Positions 59,618 to 64,000 of a stretch of DNA of 64,000 bases are shown one piece after another. The notes beneath the pieces were generated by a model. The model made no database searches. It was given only the letters and a program-made list of their open reading frames with translations, and was not told where the DNA came from. The first letter of the stretch is position 1; each line of letters begins with the position of its first letter. The DNA lies in the NCBI GenBank assembly GCA_016280895.1, contig JAEEHM010000093.1, forward strand, positions 14,987 through 78,986, read 5' to 3'. This DNA is from Bacillota bacterium. Its GTDB lineage: Bacteria > Bacillota_I > Bacilli_A > ML615J-28 > CAG-698. A program made the position numbers and the translations under genes.

Positions 59618-60042
59618 TGAAAAAGATATTTGTGATTATTGTGCTATTATTATCTATTTTATTATTTTCTGCTTGTATAAAAAGAGAAAATAAAGAAGAA
59701 GATACAAGTGTCGATTTGGATTTATCTGTGTGTGATTCAATAATTGTGTATTCACAAGTGACAAATATGAATGAAAACCCAAGTGAATATTTAGATAAAA
59801 CAATCAAAATGAAGGGAAAGATAAAATCTAATTATTCAGAAAAATATGATACTACATATTATTTCATCGCTGTAAATGATGCAACAATGTGCTGTGAAGC
59901 CTATGTAGAAATACTTTGGGAAAATGATAATACCTATCCAATTGATAATAAGAAGATAGAAATAATAGGAAGGTTTTCTTATTATATTGAAGATTCAAAG
60001 AAGTATTATTGTATAAAATTATCATCGCTAAAAGAATTGTAA
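59617..60042 (+). CDS. Lipoprotein with a DAxxCC motif (metal-operon associated)
   Basis: LFSAC lipobox; VNDATMCC. Confidence 0.65.
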   Translation: MKKIFVIIVLLLSILLFSACIKRENKEEDTSVDLDLSVCDSIIVYSQVTNMNENPSEYLDKTIKMKGKIKSNYSEKYDTTYYFIAVNDATMCCEAYVEILWENDNTYPIDNKKIEIIGRFSYYIEDSKKYYCIKLSSLKEL

Positions 60043-60103
60043 TTTATGAAAACGTGTTTTCATTGAATTAATATTGCGTTTGCAGTATAATAATTAAAAC
60101 AAC

Positions 60104-60275
60104 AATAAATAGAGGCGCAAGTCTTATGATAACTTATGTAATTAGGTGAAAAATACATAAGGGGAAAGGAAGCCTTGCCGAAGGGATTAAGTACCTAATA
60201 CTTAATTGACCTGGGCATACAGAGAACATCTGTATGACTGTCGTATTAGTAATAATACGTTGAGCTATTAAATAT
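60104..60275 (+). ncRNA. Lysine riboswitch (L-box)
   Basis: AGAGGCGC, GGGGAAAGG..GCCGAAG, CTGGG, GACTGTC and GAGCTAT conserved elements upstream of an NhaC-family transporter. Confidence 0.85.
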
Positions 60276-60304
60276 TTATGTCTCTCCCCCTTTTTATATA
60301 GGGT

Positions 60305-60344
60305 AAAACCACAATATTTAATAGAATATTGTGGTTTTTATTTT
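60305..60344 (+). terminator. Riboswitch expression-platform terminator
   Basis: aaaaccacaatatt-taatag-aatattgtggtttt followed by Ts. Confidence 0.75.
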
Positions 60345-60364
60345 ATATAATTTAGGAGGAAAAT

Positions 60365-61933
60365 ATGAGTGGAACATTTTGGGCCTTTGTGCCCGCAATT
60401 GTAGCAATTTTACTTGCGTTAATTACAAAAAAAGTTTATCTATCCCTATTTTTAGGAATTCTAGTAGGAGCACTATTTTATAATAGTGGCAATCCTTTGC
60501 AAGCAATTGGAACAATATTTCAAATAATGAGTGAAAAGGTTGGAGGTAATGTAACAATTATTGCATTCCTTGTAATTCTTGGAATATTAGTTATCCTAAT
60601 GCAGAAAAGTGGTGGAAGTAAAGCCTATGGCGATTGGGCTGCAAGAAAAGTAAAAGGAAAGAAAGGTGCATTAGCAGCAACTGCTGCCTTAGGCTGTTTA
60701 ATCTTTGTGGATGATTATTTTAACTGTCTAACAGTAGGTTCTGTTATGAGACCAGTTAGTGATAAATATAAGGTAAGTCATTCAAAGCTTGCATGGATTA
60801 TTGATTCAACTGCTGCACCTGTATGTATTATTGCACCTATTTCATCTTGGGCAGCAGCAGTAAGTGGTGAACTTGAAGGTAATGGTTTAATGGTTTTCAT
60901 TAAAACAATCCCTTTCAATTTCTATGCTATTTTAACAATTATTATGGTGTTTGTGTTTTGTTTGTTTAAGATTGATTTTGGTAAGATGAGAAGAAACGAA
61001 GTAGTAGCAGAGACAAGTGGTGATTTAAATGCTGGTGAAACTGATCTTGCAACAGATGAGATGCAAATTAATGTAAATAATAATAAACAAAGAGTTAGAT
61101 TTTTATTAATACCTGTTATTATTCTAATTCTATCTTGTATTGGTGGAATGATTTATACAGGATATTGTTACAACTGGGAAACAGGACTATTAGGTCCTGC
61201 AACACAATCTGCAAATATCATTGAAGCATTTTCTAATTGTGATGCTGGTTTATCACTTGCAATTGGTTCAACAATCGCTTTAATTATTATTTCAATTTAT
61301 TATTTAATTGAAAAAGCAGTATCATTTAATGAAATCATGGAATCTATTTCTCAAGGTTTTAAAACAATGGTACCAGCTATCCTTATTTTAACATTTGCGT
61401 GGACACTTTCTGGTATTATGGGTGCAAAGGGTGGATATTTAGATGCACAAGCCTTCGTAGAAAATTCATTAAGTGGTGTTAATCTAGGTTGGTTATTCCC
61501 TGCTTTATTCTTTGTGCTTGCATGCTTAATTGCATTTGCGACTGGTACAAGCTGGGGTACATTTGGTGTTTTAATTCCAATTGCAACTGCAATTTTAGGT
61601 TCAGGCATTTCAACACTAACTTTACTTACAGTTTCTGCAACATTAGGTGGTGCTGTATTTGGAGATCATGTATCCCCAATATCCGACACAACAATTCTAG
61701 CATCAACTGGAGCTAATTGTAATCATGTAGACCATGTAAGAACACAAGCACCTTACGCAATACTTATTGCCCTTATTACATTTGTGGTATATTTAATTGG
61801 CGGATTAATGGCAAATATGAATACAACACTAGCTGCAATATTATTACTAGTTATTGGAATTGCAATATTTACAGGAACATGTTTTGTGATTAAATTAATT
61901 CAAGGAAAACAAAAGTTAGCAGAAACTAACTAA
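60365..61933 (+). CDS. Na+/H+ antiporter NhaC-family protein, probable lysine transporter
   Basis: IFVDDYFNCL, DSTAAPVC..APISSW, FATGTSWGTFG, GDHVSPISDTTILAS; under lysine riboswitch control. Confidence 0.85.
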   Translation: MSGTFWAFVPAIVAILLALITKKVYLSLFLGILVGALFYNSGNPLQAIGTIFQIMSEKVGGNVTIIAFLVILGILVILMQKSGGSKAYGDWAARKVKGKKGALAATAALGCLIFVDDYFNCLTVGSVMRPVSDKYKVSHSKLAWIIDSTAAPVCIIAPISSWAAAVSGELEGNGLMVFIKTIPFNFYAILTIIMVFVFCLFKIDFGKMRRNEVVAETSGDLNAGETDLATDEMQINVNNNKQRVRFLLIPVIILILSCIGGMIYTGYCYNWETGLLGPATQSANIIEAFSNCDAGLSLAIGSTIALIIISIYYLIEKAVSFNEIMESISQGFKTMVPAILILTFAWTLSGIMGAKGGYLDAQAFVENSLSGVNLGWLFPALFFVLACLIAFATGTSWGTFGVLIPIATAILGSGISTLTLLTVSATLGGAVFGDHVSPISDTTILASTGANCNHVDHVRTQAPYAILIALITFVVYLIGGLMANMNTTLAAILLLVIGIAIFTGTCFVIKLIQGKQKLAETN

Positions 61934-61941
61934 TAGAAGAA

Positions 61942-61987
61942 AAAGAGATATTTGATTACTGTTTAGTTTAAGTATCTCTTTTATTTT
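61942..61987 (+). terminator. Intrinsic terminator
   Basis: aagagatatttga...ttaagtatctctt followed by Ts. Confidence 0.55.
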
Positions 61988-62070
61988 ACAGAAAAGTGCG
62001 AAAACGCTTGCAAAAATAGTTAATCAATGTTATAATATATATACTAAATATTTAGATATAGAGGCAAAAA

Positions 62071-63177
62071 ATGGAAAATATAAAAGTCATAAAGTCTATA
62101 TGTCGGCAATTTAATATTGATGGGAAATTAGTTTGGGTTGACCCAATCATGTATGGTCATATAAATTCAACATATGAAGCCAAATTTGATTGTGGTTTAG
62201 ATCATTATCGAAAATATATAATCCAAAAAATAAACAAAGAAGTATTTAAAAAACCAGAAGAAGTAATGGAAAACATCTTCAATGTTACCAGATATATCAT
62301 CAATAATGCAATTGAAAGAGGAGAAAATGCGAAAACAATCGCCCTTCATTTCAAATTGACAACAGATGGTAAGCAATTCTATATTGATGAAGATGGTCAA
62401 TATTGGCGCTGCTATCGTTTCATTGATAAGAGTGTTACCTACCAAAGTACACAAAATCCAAAAATACTTGAAGAAACTGGAAAAGCCTTTGGCCGTTTCC
62501 AAAATGAATTAAGAGATTTTGATGCTACAATTCTTCATGAAACAATTAGAGATTTCCATAACACTTTAAAACGTTATGAACAATTAGAACAAGCAATAAA
62601 AGATGATATTGCGTTAAGAAAAACTTATGTTCAAAAAGAAATTAATGAATATCTAGCTCTAAAAGATAAGGCACTACAAATGCATTATATGGTAGCACAC
62701 AATGAATTACCACTACGTGTTACTCACAATGACACAAAGTGCAACAATGTGTTATTTGATGAAGCAACAGATGATTATTTAACTGTAATAGATTTAGATA
62801 CAGTAATGCCAGGCCTTGTTGGTTTTGATTTTGGTGATGCCGTAAGATTTGCAGCAAACACAGCTGAAGAAGATGAAGCTGATATGGCAAATGTTAGACT
62901 TGATTTAAGAAAATTTGAAGCATTCACTAAAGGCTTTTTATCAGAGGTAAAAGATTCTTTAACTGATAAAGAAAAAGAAACACTAGTATTAGGTGCTATC
63001 ACAATGACAATCGAATGTGGTACTAGATTCTTAGCCGATTATTTAAATGGTGATACTTATTTTAGAGTAGATAAAATTAATCAAAATTTCAATCGTGCAA
63101 GATGCCAATTAAAATTAGCACAGGACATGATCGAAAAAGAAGAGAAAATGAATATGATTGTTAGAAAATATTTATAA
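62071..63177 (+). CDS. APH-like phosphotransferase, N-acetylhexosamine 1-kinase (NahK)-like
   Basis: GHINST, YIIQKIN, FHNT, RVTHNDTKCNN, VIDLDTVMPG, DFGD, RFLADYLNGD.YF. Confidence 0.8.
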   Translation: MENIKVIKSICRQFNIDGKLVWVDPIMYGHINSTYEAKFDCGLDHYRKYIIQKINKEVFKKPEEVMENIFNVTRYIINNAIERGENAKTIALHFKLTTDGKQFYIDEDGQYWRCYRFIDKSVTYQSTQNPKILEETGKAFGRFQNELRDFDATILHETIRDFHNTLKRYEQLEQAIKDDIALRKTYVQKEINEYLALKDKALQMHYMVAHNELPLRVTHNDTKCNNVLFDEATDDYLTVIDLDTVMPGLVGFDFGDAVRFAANTAEEDEADMANVRLDLRKFEAFTKGFLSEVKDSLTDKEKETLVLGAITMTIECGTRFLADYLNGDTYFRVDKINQNFNRARCQLKLAQDMIEKEEKMNMIVRKYL

Positions 63178-63206
63178 TATTTTCTATTTATAAAGGGGAG
63201 AGAAGG

Positions 63207-63235
63207 CAGTGGAATAGATTATATCTATTCCACTG
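63207..63235. terminator. Perfect 13-bp inverted repeat, probable terminator
   Basis: cagtggaatagat-tat-atctattccactg. Confidence 0.5.
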
Positions 63236-63325
63236 TTGCTATTTATAAAGATATTTTAAGTGTAAAAACATTTTCAAATTATTAAAATACATCTCTGTTT
63301 ACAAAATTAAGGATTTGTAGTATAA

Positions 63326-64000
<675 letters not shown>

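Noticed and set aside
61999-62012. cre/LacI-like site (cgaaaacgcttgca) at the nahK-like promoter, and atgaaaac-gt-gttttcat near 60046
   Set aside because: Both are imperfect matches in AT-rich DNA and cannot be supported without genome-wide motif statistics.
62071-63177. Aminoglycoside resistance kinase
   Set aside because: The motif set and the housekeeping location next to eno fit the NahK-like sugar-kinase branch of the APH fold.

Overview
Very AT-rich bacterial DNA read in the standard code (TGG=Trp, TGA=stop), with Firmicutes-type TTGACA-17-TATAAT promoters and lipoproteins. An Acholeplasmatales/Anaeroplasma-like gut Bacilli host is plausible but cannot be proven from this window. Layout: (1) the 3' part of a large repeat-rich putative surface protein. 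(2) An accessory block at 2.8-11 kb: HTH-nucleotidyltransferase, two GNATs, HigBA, hypotheticals behind a structured leader, a YhcG/DUF1016 pseudogene with a palindrome array, and an AAA ATPase + RloB-like pair. (3) A Wzx/Wzy surface-polysaccharide locus at 11.1-34.3 kb: regulator, galE, pgm, galU, pgi, priming transferase, modification enzymes, glycosyltransferases, wzy, wzx, fnlABC. (4) A defence-island-like tail at 34.3-56.2 kb: membrane protein + DGQHR, AbiH, small membrane protein + LPO_1073-like pair, PD-(D/E)xK nuclease, PHP-ATPase, more AAA ATPases, Fic, wecB, a DAC-like protein, an orphan sRNA candidate and type III ToxIN, interleaved with ugd/wecB 3'-end fragments and IS21 ends. (5) Housekeeping genes: Fur/Zur-metal ABC operon, lysine riboswitch + NhaC-family transporter, NahK-like kinase and partial eno. 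Best novel-system candidate: the gene pair at 37887-39129. The C-terminus of a small membrane protein and the N-terminus of the next protein share an amyloid-like AVGVNNGE(V/I)N motif that is conserved through synonymous codon changes. All family calls are from motif recognition only; no database searches were run.
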